Shown piece by piece: positions 31,539-45,223 of a stretch of DNA of 64,000 bases. A program made the position numbers and the translations under genes. Below the pieces are notes generated by a model. That model was not told where the DNA came from. It ran no database searches and saw only the letters and a program-made list of their open reading frames with translations. The stretch covers positions 18,042,001 to 18,106,000 of the forward strand of contig OZ024765.1 of NCBI GenBank assembly GCA_964016885.1, written 5' to 3'. The stretch comes from Eledone cirrhosa. Lineage: Eukaryota. Numbering within the stretch: the stretch's first letter is position 1; the number at the start of each line of letters is the position of its first letter.

Positions 31539-31897
31539 ATGCGTGGGGACATAGAAATAATCGAGCTGGATATCCAATCGCGCGGTTAAACCACTGGGAG
31601 TGAAGGACCCCTAGCCTTTGTCATGGCATTCTTCTAGGAGAAGGCAACTCAGGAAACTGGGATAACTCCGATATAAAACCTGCGGCTCAGTACTTACCAA
31701 TGATGCTGATCTTTTCTTCTTTTCGGGTTATAGCTACTGTCTCTCAGAGAGTGGGATTGGCTCAGTGCACAGTCTTTCCTCACTTTAAAAATAATCTTCA
31801 CGCACAAGCATTTCACGATAGAATTAATTAATAATTATTAATAATGTTATATCGTGCAATGGCCATACTCGATAACAAGGGGGCAGCCATCATGCGT
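31539..31897 (+). mobile_element. Second subfamily of the RTE-motif retroposon (3' part)
   Basis: tagcctttgtc..ggc...ctaggagaaggc, gagagtgggattggct, ggccatactcga...ggcagccatc + (TATG)n; paralog at 62581-63115. Confidence 0.8.
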
Positions 31898-31988
31898 GTA
31901 TGTATGTATGTCTTTCTTTCTCTTAATTTCGAGTATATTTTTGATCGGCCACCTTCCCGGTGGCAAGGTTGTAGAAGAAAAGAAATTG

Positions 31989-32427
31989 TCATCCCTTGAA
32001 TCGCAAGAATGTTTTGCAAATTTTGAAGGTGCCAGCTATCGCAGCCATTTGTAGACTATGAATTAGGGAGCTGCGCTTTTTGTCCGCAAATCCAAGTTCA
32101 GTTATACTTTGGTCCAAGTGGGTTGGTATATAACCCGTAGCTCCAATAATACTGGGTATGAAGCTGAAGGTGTATCCTGGATACTGGTTCTGCAAACTCC
32201 TCATCAATGGTCCGTAGATGTCCTCCTTCTGCTGTATTTTTCTGACAACGTTGACATCAAGTGCAGGCCGCTGATCTCAACAACAGAACACGTTTTCAAT
32301 GTGTGGTCCCCAACAACAATATCAGGCCGGTTGTGTTTTAATTTGGTGGCAGTTTTTATTTTCAGATTCCACCAGTTTTCCTTAGTGCCATCTGTCTCTA
32401 TATATTCCTCCTCGTTTGTTGTTAATT
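31989..32427 (-). pseudogene. Restriction-like (REL) endonuclease C-terminus of an R4/Dong/NeSL-type non-LTR retrotransposon, frameshifted
   Basis: WWNLKIKTATKLKHNRPDIVV..C.VVEIS / frameshift / PALDVNVVRKIQQKEDIYGPLMRSLQ..F..IP.IIGATG..LGF..LQMAAI.GT.KI.KTFL*. Confidence 0.85.
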
Positions 32428-32490
32428 TGTATGTATGTATGTATGTATGTATGTATGTATGTATGTATGTATGTATGTATGTATGTATGT

Positions 32491-33075
32491 ATGTATCCCA
32501 GTACAACCTGTCTCATGGTCGGGTCGGGTCGTTGGCGACTAAACTGGCAACCCCACCAAGGTTTCTTGGTGAGGAGGGTGACTTTGGACATCCTGCAGGA
32601 CTAAAAACAAAACCTGTCAAAGGGCAAAGGAGCTCTTAAGAGTCAATGGCCATCCAAAATCACTGGGAGAGATGACGCCTTAGCCTTTGTCAAGGCAGAA
32701 TTCTAGGAGAAGGAAAACTCTGATATAACACCTGCAACCCTGATGGTATCTAATGATGTTGACTTGTTCTTCTTTTTGGTAAATATCATCTTGGTTAAGA
32801 GAGTGGGACTGGCTTTGTGCAGTGCCTTTGCTCACTATAAAAGCTTCACGGCACAGGCATTGCTTTGTATCTGGAGATCTCTCTGCACTTGTCGTCACAT
32901 GGTACCATGGGCCTAGCACTATGTGTCAATAATTGTCACAGGTGTAGTGTTTGTACCAGAGTTTTCAAGTCGCTGGCTGGACTAAAAAGTCACACTCGTT
33001 CAGCGCATCGGTAGGGGTTCTCCTACATGGATATAAAGTAGTGGCCGTACTCGAAAACGAGTTGGCAGCCACCAT
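32491..33075 (+). mobile_element. ~600-bp retroposon copy flanked by (TATG)n on both sides
   Basis: Matches 45252-45830; (atgt)n at 32428-32494 and 33074-33137. Confidence 0.85.
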
Positions 33076-33489
33076 GTATGTATGTATGTATGTATGTATG
33101 TATGTATGTATGTATGTATGTATGTATGTATGTATGTGTGGTTATACCCGTAACACCTGGTAGTGTCGTAGTGATGTACAACGTGCCTTGGACATTTTAA
33201 ACCCGAAAGAGCCATCTCCTTCGTAGGTCTAGACACAACCGATTTTTGTTTTCAGAAATAAATAAAAAGATAGATAGAGCGAGAAAGAGAGAGAGAATTC
33301 TTACGGGTTCGATAAAATATAGTAGACTACGTGTTAAATTGACAGCAACTACTCCGTGTTTGTATCTGAATAGTAATAAAATGTGGAGGGGTTAAGAAGG
33401 GGTTAAAGGCTATCCCACGATTTATGAACCTGAAGTTCCCCCTTTGTTTGAATTCTAGCTCAGGGACTCAAAAACTCCCTCATTAACAC

Positions 33490-33790
33490 AAATGCGATGT
33501 TCCCAAAAGCTGCAGGTAAAACCACTGCCTCCCGAATTGGGAGATCACGTCTCCGGTATTACGGAGATTGTGTCAGACTGTCTCAGGGAAAAACCAGTTG
33601 ACAGGGACCTAGGGGTAGACCCCGAGCAAGATAGCTGGATAACATGCAAGATTTCGGCTGATCACGCTAGGGGATCCAACCAGATCAACTGGAGACCTTT
33701 GTTTCTGACAGCACCCAGCGGAAGGCATGCTTGAGGACTTTTCCCCCACGACCCTCCCAGGAATAAGTGGGCGAAGAAGAAAAAGAAGAG
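33490..33790 (+). pseudogene. RTE (Expander/Rex3-like) LINE 3' fragment with (GAA)n tail
   Basis: Broken frames give RSRLRYYG..RGRPRAR*LDNMQDFG*SR.GIQPDQLETFVSDSTQRKACL..PRPSQE*. Confidence 0.7.
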
Positions 33791-33810
33791 ATATTCTCAG
33801 ACTGCTGATA

Positions 33811-34241
33811 TCTTTAATGGTTTCTGTTTTAGGCACGAAGCCTACAATTTTGTGGAGAGGGTAGAGTCGATTAAATCGACACCACTGCGTTACTGGTACA
33901 CTTTATTTTATCGACTGGACTCCCGTAAGGAAAACAAAGCCCTCAGCGGGATATGTACTCAGAGGGTAAAGGGCCGTAACACTATGCCTCAAAGCATGTT
34001 ATCCGACGCTCCACCGATTCTGCTACCAATCCACCGATAGTAATGGCACAAGATCAAGAGTTTCGGGGTGGGGACAGACGATTAATTACAACCGCAGTGC
34101 GTTACTGGTACGTTACGTAATCGACCCCATAAGCCGGTAGGATTTAAAACCAGAATGTAAAGAGGCGAAACTCTGTGCCAGAATTCTCTTGTCCGACCCG
34201 ACACTCTACTGATTCTCCTTGCGCTCTACCGCCCTCGCTGC
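33811..34241 (-). mobile_element. Two tandem diverged Meta-like SINEs
   Basis: Reverse complement shows cagaatcggtggagcgtcggataacatgc...gtcgataaaataaagtgtaccagtaacgcag and a second copy. Confidence 0.75.
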
Positions 34242-37200
34242 CTGTTACAACAGACGTAATGAAACTGTTGTCCGACCCGATGCTCCACCGCCCTCGCTGC
34301 CTGTTACAAAAGACGTAATGAAACTGTTGTCCGACCCAATGCTCCACCGCCCTCGCTGCCTGTTACAACAGACGTAATGAAACTGTTGTCAGACCCGATG
34401 CTCCACGGCCCTCGCTGCCTGTTACAACAGATTTAATGAAACTGTTGTCCGACCCGATGCTCCACCGCCCTCGCTGCCTGTTACAACAGACGTAATGAAA
34501 CTGTTGTCAGACCCGATGCTCCACGGCCCTCGCTGCCTGTTACAACAGATGTAATGAAACTGTTGTCAGACCCGATGCTCCACCGCCCTCGCTGCCTGTT
34601 ACAACAGATGTAATGAAACTGTTGTCAGACCCGATGCTCCACCGCCCTCGCTGCCTGTTACAACAGATGTAATGAAACTGTTGTCAGACCCAATGCTCCA
34701 CCGCCCTCGCTGCCTGTTACAACAGACTTAATGAAACTGTTGTCCGACCCAATGCTCCACCGCCCTCGCTGCCTGTTACAACAGATGTAATGAAACTGTT
34801 GTCCGACCCGATGCTCCACCGCCCTCGCTGCCTGTTACAACAGATGTAATGAAACTGTTGTCAGACCCGATGCTCCACCGCCCTCGCTGCCTGTTACAAC
34901 AGATGTAATGAAACTGTTGTCAGACCCGATGCTCCACCGCCCTCGCTGCCTGTTACAACAGATGTAATGAAACTGTTGTCAGACCCAATGCTCCACCGCC
35001 CTCGCTGCCTGTTACAACAGATGTAATGAAACTGTTGTCCGACCCGATGCTCCACCGCCCTCGCTGCCTGTTACAACAGATGTAATGAAACTGTTGTCAG
35101 ACCCGATGCTCCACCGCCCTCGCTGCCTGTTACAACAGACTTAATGAAACTGTTGTCCGACCCAATGCTCCACCGCCCTCGCTGCCTGTTACAACAGACG
35201 TAATGAAACTGTTGTCCGACCCGATGCTCCACCGCCCTCGCTGCCTGTTACAACAGACGTAATGAAACTGTTGTCCGACCCGATGCTCCACCGCCCTCGC
35301 TGCCTGTTACAACAGATGTAATGAAACTGTTGTCCGACCCGATGCTCCACCGCCCTCGCTGCCTGTTACAACAGACGTAATGAAACTGTTGTCCCACCCG
35401 ATGCTCCACCGCCCTCGCTGCCTGTTACAACAGACGTAATGAAACTGTTGTCAGACCCGATGCTCCACCACCCTCGCTGCCTGTTACAACAGACGTAATG
35501 AAACTGTTGTCCGACCCGATGCTCCACCGCCCTCGCTGCCTGTTACAACAGATGTAATGAAACTGTTGTCCGACCCGATGCTCCACCGCCCTCGCTGCCT
35601 GTTACAAAAGACGTAATGAAACTGTTGTCCGACCCGATGCTCCACCGCCCTCGCTGCCTGTTACAACAGATGTAATGAAACTGTTGTCCAACCCGATGCT
35701 CCACCGCCCTCGCTGCCTGTTACAAAAGACGTAATGAAACTGTTGTCCGACCCGATGCTCCACCGCCCTCGCTGCCTGTTACAACAGACGTAATGAAACT
35801 GTTGTCCGACCCGATGCTCCACCGCCCTCGCTGCCTGTTACAACAGACGTAATGAAACTGTTGTCCGACCCGATGCTCCACCGCCCTCGCTGCCTGTTAC
35901 AACAGACGTAATGAAACTGTTGTCCGACCCGATGCTCCACCGCCCTCGCTGCCTGTTACAACAGACGTAATGAAACTGTTGTCCGACCCGATGCTCCACC
36001 GCCCTCGCTGCCTGTTACAACAGACGTAAGGAAACTGTTGTCCGACCCAATGCCCCACCGCCCTCGCTGCCTGTTACAACAGACGTAATGAAACTGTTGT
36101 CCGACCCGATGCTCCACCGCCCTCGCTGCCTGTTACAACAGACGTAATGAAACTGTTGTCCGACCCGATGCTCCACCGACCTCGCTGCCTGTTACAACGG
36201 ACGTAATGAAACTGTTGTCCGACCCGATGCTCCACCGCCCTCGCTGCCTGTTACAACAGACGTAATGAAACTGTTGTCCGACCCGATGCTCCACCGCCCT
36301 CGCTGCCTGTTACAACAGACGTAATGAAACTGTTGTCCGACCCGATGCTCCACCGCCCTCTCTGCCTGTTACAACAGACGTATTGAAACTGTTGTCCGAC
36401 CCGATGCTCCACCGCCCTCGCTGCCTGTTACAACAGATGTAATGAAACTGTTGTCCGACCCGATGCTCTACCGCCCACGCTGCCTGTTACAACAGATGTA
36501 ATGAAACTGTTGTCCGACCCGATGCTCCACCGCCCTCGCTGCCTGTTACAACAGATGTAATGAAACTGTTGTCCGACCCGATGCTCCACCGCCCTCGCTG
36601 CCTGTTACAACAGACGTAATGAAACTGTTGTCAGACCCGATGCTCCACCGCCCTCGCTGCCTGTTACAACAGACGTAATGAAACTGTTGTCCGACCCGAT
36701 GCTCCACCGCCCTCTCTGCCTGTTACAACAGATGTAATGAAACTGTTGTCAGACCCAATGCTCCACCGCCCTCGCTGCCTGTTACAACAGACGTAATGAA
36801 ACTGTTGTCCGACCCAATGCTCCACCGCCCTCGCTGCCTGTTACAACAGACGTAATGAAACTGTTGTCCGACCCGATGCTCCACGGCCCTCGCTGCCTGT
36901 TACAACAGATTTAATGAAACTGTTGTCCGACCCGATGCTCCACCGCCCTCGCTGCCTGTTACAACAGATGTAATGAAACTGTTGTCAGACCCGATGCTCC
37001 ACCGCCCTCGCTGCCTGTTACAACAGATGTAATGAAACTGTTGTCAGACCCGATGCTCCACCGCCCTCGCTGCCTGTTACAACAGATGTAATGAAACTGT
37101 TGTCAGACCCAATGCTCCACCGCCCTCGCTGCCTGTTACAACAGATGTAATGAAACTGTTGTCCGACCCGATGCTCCACCGCCCTCGCTGCCTGTTACAA

Positions 37201-39454
37201 CAGATGTAATGAAACTGTTGTCAGACCCGATGCTCCACCGCCCTCGCTGCCTGTTACAACAGACTTAATGAAACTGTTGTCCGACCCAATGCTCCACCGC
37301 CCTCGCTGCCTGTTACAACAGACGTAATGAAACTGTTGTCCGACCCGATGCTCCACCGCCCTCGCTGCCTGTTACAACAGACGTAATGAAACTGTTGTCC
37401 GACCCGATGCTCCACCGCCCTCGCTGCCTGTTACAACAGATGTAATGAAACTGTTGTCCGACCCGATGCTCCACCGCCCTCGCTGCCTGTTACAACAGAC
37501 GTAATGAAACTGTTGTCCCACCCGATGCTCCACCGCCCTCGCTGCCTGTTACAACAGACGTAATGAAACTGTTGTCAGACCCGATGCTCCACCACCCTCG
37601 CTGCCTGTTACAACAGACGTAATGAAACTGTTGTCCGACCCGATGCTCCACCGCCCTCGCTGCCTGTTACAACAGATGTAATGAAACTGTTGTCCGACCC
37701 GATGCTCCACCGCCCTCGCTGCCTGTTACAAAAGACGTAATGAAACTGTTGTCCGACCCGATGCTCCACCGCCCTCGCTGCCTGTTACAACAGATGTAAT
37801 GAAACTGTTGTCCAACCCGATGCTCCACCGCCCTCGCTGCCTGTTACAAAAGACGTAATGAAACTGTTGTCCGACCCGATGCTCCACCGCCCTCGCTGCC
37901 TGTTACAACAGACGTAATGAAACTGTTGTCCGACCCGATGCTCCACCGCCCTCGCTGCCTGTTACAACAGACGTAATGAAACTGTTGTCCGACCCGATGC
38001 TCCACCGCCCTCGCTGCCTGTTACAACAGACGTAATGAAACTGTTGTCCGACCCGATGCTCCACCGCCCTCGCTGCCTGTTACAACAGACGTAATGAAAC
38101 TGTTGTCCGACCCGATGCTCCACCGCCCTCGCTGCCTGTTACAACAGACGTAAGGAAACTGTTGTCCGACCCAATGCTCCACCGCCCTCGCTGCCTGTTA
38201 CAACAGACGTAATGAAACTGTTGTCCGACCCGATGCTCCACCGCCCTCGCTGCCTGTTACAACAGACGTAATGAAACTGTTGTCCGACCCGATGCTCCAC
38301 CGACCTCGCTGCCTGTTACAACGGACGTAATGAAACTGTTGTCCGACCCGATGCTCCACCGCCCTGGCTGCCTGTTACAACAGACGTAATGAAACTGTTG
38401 TCCGACCCGATGCTCCACCGCCCTCGCTGCCTGTTACAACAGACGTAATGAAACTGTTGTCCGACCCGATGCTCCACCGCCCTCTCTGCCTGTTACAACA
38501 GACGTATTGAAACTGTTGTCCGACCCGATGCTCCACCGCCCTCGCTGCCTGTTACAACAGATGTAATGAAACTGTTGTCCGACCCGATGCTCTACCGCCC
38601 TCGCTGCCTGTTACAACAGATGTAATGAAACTGTTGTCCGACCCGATGCTCCACCGCCCTCGCTGCCTGTTACAACAGATGTAATGAAACTGTTGTCCGA
38701 CCCGATGCTCCACCGCCCTCGCTGCCTGTTACAACAGACGTAATGAAACTGTTGTCAGACCCGATGCTCCACCGCCCTCGCTGCCTGTTACAACAGACGT
38801 AATGAAACTGTTGTCCGACCCGATGCTCCACCGCCCTCTCTGCCTGTTACAACAGATGTAATGAAACTGTTGTCAGACCCAATGCTCCACCGCCCTCGCT
38901 GCCTGTTACAACAGACGTAATGAAACTGTTGTCCGACCCAATGCTCCACCGCCCTCGCTGCCTGTTACAACAGACGTAATGAAACTGTTGTCCGACCCGA
39001 TGCTCCACGGCCCTCGCTGCCTGTTACAACAGATTTAATGAAACTGTTGTCCGACCCAATGCTCCACCGCCCTCGCTGCCTGTTACAACAGACGTAATGA
39101 AACTGTTGTCCGACCCGATGCTCCACCGCCCTCGCTGCCTGTTACAACAGATGTAATGAAACTGTTGTCCGACCCAATGCTCCACCGCCCTCGCTGCCTG
39201 TTACAACAGACGTAATGAAACTGTTGTCCGACCCAATGCTCCACCGCCCTCGCTGCCTGTTACAACAGATTTAATGAAACTGTTGTCCGACCCAATGCTC
39301 CACCGCCCTCGCTGCCTGTTACAACAGACGTAAGGAAACTGTTGTCAGACCCGATGCTCCACCGCCCTCGCTGCCTGTTACAACAGATTTAATGAAACTG
39401 TTGTCAGACCCAATGCTCCACCGCCCTCGCTGCCTGTTACAACAGACGTAATGA
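34228..39454. repeat. 59-bp satellite array, ~88 copies, with a 36-mer (2124-bp) duplication
   Basis: Unit gaaactgttgtccgacccgatgctccaccgccctcgctgcctgttacaacagacgtaat; rare variants recur 2124 bp apart. Confidence 0.98.
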
Positions 39455-39790
39455 ACTAACTTAGCATGAATCCATCAAGTTCATTGAACAGAGAAAAGTT
39501 GAGACATCGTTTGATTAATTCACATAAAACAAACATTAAACTCGGATCAATTGTTGAAGAGTCGCGCTATCTCAGCGATTATTTAATGTTTCTTGCTTAG
39601 ATGAACTTGAACTAAGAACATACAATGCACTTGCTGGCATGTGTGTCTATGTATGTTTGTGGGCATATGTATATATGTGTGTGTGTGTGTGTTTGCTTGT
39701 ATGTATGTATGTATGTATGTATGTATGTATGTATTTGTCTATTTACGTACGTACGTTTATGCACAGAACTCTCTCTCTTTCTCTCTCCCT

Positions 39791-39841
<51 letters not shown>

Positions 39842-39890
39842 TAAGTTATTTGTTTTTATATATATATATTTATCTATATATATCTATATG

Positions 39891-39942
<52 letters not shown>

Positions 39943-40005
39943 CTATATATATCTATATGTATGTATATATATATATATATATATTTATCTATATATATCT
40001 ATATG

Positions 40006-40071
<66 letters not shown>

Positions 40072-40343
40072 TATATATATATTTCGTTTCTGAATTTGTT
40101 TAGCAAGATTCTTTATCTGAAAACGTGTGTTGAAACCGATATTGTTATACTTTGGGAGGGTCATGTTGCCAATAAGAAACACACGCACCAGTTACTTTCA
40201 CACCAATTTATTATAAATTAAATTTATAAATTTAAGAATTTATAAATTTCCGGTTGGTTGGTTGGATACTATCCAGGAAGCTCCAGCCGTTAAGGTTGTC
40301 TTTTTTTCCGGGTATGTCAATATTTGTTTATAAAACAAATCTG

Positions 40344-40409
40344 TATTTTATCTGATGAAGGCGCACCATAATTTGCCTTGGTTGCCTTTGAAATATGTAT
40401 AATAAAATA
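40344..40409 (+). ncRNA. Type I hammerhead motif (AT-rich family) in element ~40265-40545
   Basis: tattttat-CTGATGA-aggcgcacc...ggttgccttt-GAAA-tatgt-ATA-ataaaata. Confidence 0.75.
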
Positions 40410-40542
40410 AATATGGTTTTATAAATATAGTTTCCATTTATTAATATATTGTGTATTTACTCCACTAAACTGTTGAGTGCTTTATATCAGTTATAAAAAT
40501 GTTGAAGCTTGTTGAATCCCAACAAATTAAATATAACCTCTG

Positions 40543-40820
<278 letters not shown>

Positions 40821-40899
40821 ATATATAATATATATATTATATATATATAATATATAAATATACATATATATATATAATATATATATACATATATATATA

Positions 40900-40981
<82 letters not shown>

Positions 40982-41066
40982 ATTATATATATATATATAA
41001 TATATATATTATATATATATATATAATATATATATTATATATATATATATAATATATATATTATAT

Positions 41067-41132
<66 letters not shown>

Positions 41133-41436
41133 AAATATAAAACTGTGAAATCTTAGTTTAATACATTTAATTGCTGACATCGTTTCTTCCAGACGAGTAT
41201 ATATATATGTATATGACAAATATATAGATAAATATACGCACATTCGCGATAACTGGCCCTGTCCAGTCAAAAAATGACGGTTAATTGTAATATCTATACA
41301 TAGTATATAAAAGAGATGTTTTTTTGTTTGTTGGCTGGTTTGTTTGTTGGTTAGTTCACGCTCACTCACACGAGTGATATAAACATACAAACACACAGCT
41401 GTGACGAATATTCGAATGCTGGACCTCTATAGTTTC

Positions 41437-42241
41437 TCACCCCTTCTTTCCTAAGTCGACGTCATCACCCCTTCCTTCCTCAGTCGACGTTATTACCCCT
41501 TCCTTGCTCAGTCGACGTTACCACTCCTTCCTTCCTCAGTCGACGTAACCACCTCTTCCTTCCTCAGTCGACGTTATCACCCCTTCCTTCCTCAGTCGAC
41601 GTTATCACCCCTTCCTTCTTCAGTTGACGTAACCACCCCTTCCTTCCTCAGTCGACGTTATAACCCCTTCCTTCCTCAGTCGACGTTATCACCCCTTCCT
41701 TCCTCAGCCGACGTTATCACCCCTTCCTTCCTTAGTCGACGTTATCACCCCTTCCTTCCTCAGTCGACGTTATCACCCCTTCCTTACTTAGTCGACGTTA
41801 TCACCCCTTCCTTTCTCAGTCGACGTCATCACCCCTTCCTTCCTCAGTCGACGTCATCACCCCTTCCTTCCTCAGTCGACGTTACCACCCCTTCCTTCCT
41901 CAGTCGACGTCATCACCCCTTCCTTCCTCAGTCGACGTCATCACCCTTTCCTTCCTCAGTCGACGTTATCACCCCTTCTTCCTCAGTCGACGTCATCACC
42001 CCTTCCTTCCTCAGTCGACGTCATCACCCCTTCCTTGCTCAGTCGACGTTACCACTCCTTCCTTCCTCAGTCGACGTAACCACCTCTTCCTTCCTCAGTC
42101 GACGTTATCACCCCTTCCTTCCTCAGTCGACGTTATCACCCCTTCCTTCTTCAGTTGACGTAACCACCCCTTCCTTCCTCAGTCGACGTTATAACCCCTT
42201 CCTTCCCCAGTCGAGGTAATCACCCCTTCCCTCCTCAGTCA
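41437..42241. repeat. 28-bp minisatellite (accccttccttcctcagtcgacgttatc), ~29 copies
   Basis: Tandem copies, most with GTCGAC; a variant block recurs 531 bp apart. Confidence 0.95.
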
Positions 42242-42297
42242 TCTGTAATGTGTGACGGACAAATACAAAAGGCTATTATAATAGTGGATGACGGTTT

Positions 42298-42725
42298 AAG
42301 TGCGGTGGATTAGCAGTATCGCTAGGGGTTCGGACGACATGCTTTGCAGCATAGAGTTCCGTCCTTTTATGGTCTGAATTCAAACCCGGCCGAGATTACC
42401 TTTGCCTTTCATCATTACGGGGTCGATAAAATAAAGTACCAGTAACGTACTGGGTCGACTTAATCGACTTTCCCTCCCCCCAAATTGTTGGCCTGATGCT
42501 TAAGTCAGAAATAATTATTACATAAACTTGTAGAGCGGTGGATTGGCAGTATCGGTAGAGGGTCGGACAACATGCCTAGCAGCATAGAGTTACTACCCTT
42601 TACGTTCTATGTTCAAATCCTGACGAGGTAACTTTGCCTTTCATCCTTACAGGGTCGATAAAATCAAGTACCAGTAATACACTGGGATAATTGCTGGCCT
42701 TGTACCAAAGTAGAAACAATTATTA
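42298..42725 (+). mobile_element. Two tandem Meta-like SINEs (42298-42520, 42531-42725)
   Basis: Same diagnostic motifs as the 21029 copies. Confidence 0.85.
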
Positions 42726-43151
42726 TCCATATAATACTAAAAGTCTGTGATTGCTTGCTTGTGTGTAACGTAATACAGCCAAAAGGGCGCATAATGGGAA
42801 AATACTTTGAAAGGAAGTTGCCCCTGAAATGGGAATACAAATGGAATAAAACAAGTTTTGCGTAAATCGAAGCACGGGTTCCCGAGATATGGGGTTTTTC
42901 CGGGTGTCTGCATAAACAGAGAGAGAGAAAGATAGAGAGATGGTGGTTGTGAGAGAGTAGAATGAAAGAGAAAAAAACATAGAGAGAGGGAGAGGAGACA
43001 GAGAAGGAGAATGAAAGAGAGAGAGAGAGCTGGTTGTGTTGTTGTGTGTGTGTATATATATATGTGTGTATATGCGTGTGTGTGTCTATGACCAGTGTAT
43101 ATAGATCACAGACACCCACATATATATACACACACACACATATATATATAT

Positions 43152-43440
43152 ATATTAATTCAAAATATTAACAAAAATAGACATTCGTGTGATCAAGTAT
43201 ATTTTATTATACATATTTCAGAGGTACTGAGCTATCTTCAACAGTACGCCCTCATCAGATAAAATAAGATGAGGCATGACATACCCTGATTAAGTAACTT
43301 CGTCAGGGTATGTCATGCATCATCTTATTTTATCTGATGAGGACGTACTGTTGAAGATAGCTCAGTACCTCTGAAATATGTATAATAAAATATACTTGAT
43401 CACACGAATGTCTATTTTTGTTAATATTTTGAATTAATAT
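43152..43440. ncRNA. Near-perfect palindrome with a hammerhead on each strand (43200-43266 -, 43326-43392 +)
   Basis: ~138-bp arms; tattttat-CTGATGA-gg(a/g)cgtactg...cagtacctct-GAAA-tatgt-ATA-ataaaata. Confidence 0.8.
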
Positions 43441-43531
43441 TAATAACTCCGGAAAACCAAAACTGTGGAGTGCTTCTAATCTATTGTAAAACTTTATTCC
43501 TTGATTTATTCATTGAACCTTGTTTAACCTT

Positions 43532-43586
<55 letters not shown>

Positions 43587-44124
43587 ACAAACACACACAT
43601 TTATATATATATACATACACACACGTATATAATGTATATGGGTCTTCCAGTTTGATTTCACATTATATACATGTCTGTGTATATTTTAATTATTTAAAAA
43701 TTATTTTTAAGTGGACATGAATTTTATAAAAATATTTTGAAGTGAACTTAACCCAATGGGCCACGGTTAGTCTAGTTCGAAATAAAACTCACGAATGCAT
43801 TTACATATCAGCTACGTCAGAGCGGACAGAAATATTGTTTTTAGTAAAAGAATTATTCAACTAAAAACTTGGTTTTGTATCATATATATACTACAATTAG
43901 CCGTTATTTTTGACGGCACGGGGTCTGCCAGTCTTTCATAAAACTGAATCTGAACTTTCATTGATTGGGCTTCAGTCATTGGCGGAGCTGTGGTCTTACT
44001 ATGAAAACGTCTTAAAGTATTTTGTGGGGGTGGAGGTAGCGCTGGGGAGGCGTGTGGGGTGGATTATATCGATCTTAGGACTTATTTAAATTTATTAATT
44101 AGCTTAGCGATCTCGATTTACCGA

Positions 44125-44191
44125 ACTACTACTACTACTACTACTGCCACTACTGCTACTACTACTACCACTACCACAACTACTACTACTA

Positions 44192-44231
<40 letters not shown>

Positions 44232-44246
44232 CACTACCACCACCAT

Positions 44247-44288
<42 letters not shown>

Positions 44289-44335
44289 CACTACTACTAC
44301 CACCACCATCACTACTACTATTACTACTACTACTG

Positions 44336-44376
<41 letters not shown>

Positions 44377-44401
44377 TCTACTACTACTACTACCACCACC
44401 T

Positions 44402-44432
<31 letters not shown>

Positions 44433-44433
44433 T
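44125..44433. repeat. (ACT)n/(ACC)n microsatellite
   Basis: Direct reading. Confidence 0.95.
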
Positions 44434-44841
44434 TTACGGGAGAGAAAAACGAGTTTACAGACATATTTACGTGAAATACATACATATACATATATGTATA
44501 TGTTAAACAAATAAACACACATATGTGTACACAAACAACCCGCACACAAACACATACACACATATATGCACATATATAATCATGCACACATATATAAGCA
44601 CACAAACAGCCACACACACATATATATGCACACAAATACACACATACACACACACGCATGTATGCACACAAATACAAATGTATGCACACAAACACATATA
44701 TATGCACACAAATACATATATATATATATATACACACACACATATATTTATACACACATATATATTTATACACACACACACATATATATATAAATACACA
44801 AATACACACATATATATATATATGTATTTATCTGTATATAT

Positions 44842-44898
<57 letters not shown>

Positions 44899-45176
44899 TA
44901 AATACACGCACACAAACACAGACACACGGATACAAATATTCACAAATACACACATATATATACACACATATATATATACATATATATATACATACACAGA
45001 AATACACACGCATACACTCACACACGCTCACACACACACACACACACTAGATTGAGTGAATCCGATATGTTTCAAATAACATTTTTAAGCAGAGGCGCAA
45101 TTATAAGCTTCCAAGAAATTATCCACAAACTGAGTCATATTTTTCCTGAGGAACATCGGATACAGCTACTAGTATT

Positions 45177-45222
<46 letters not shown>

Positions 45223-45223
<1 letters not shown>

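Noticed and set aside
33530-33710. Structured ncRNA suggested by nested hairpins
   Set aside because: Better explained as a decayed RTE ORF C-terminus with a (GAA)n tail
34228-39454. Hammerhead in the 59-bp monomer (GAAAC plus stem)
   Set aside because: No CTGANGA-like segment on either strand; only a simple hairpin
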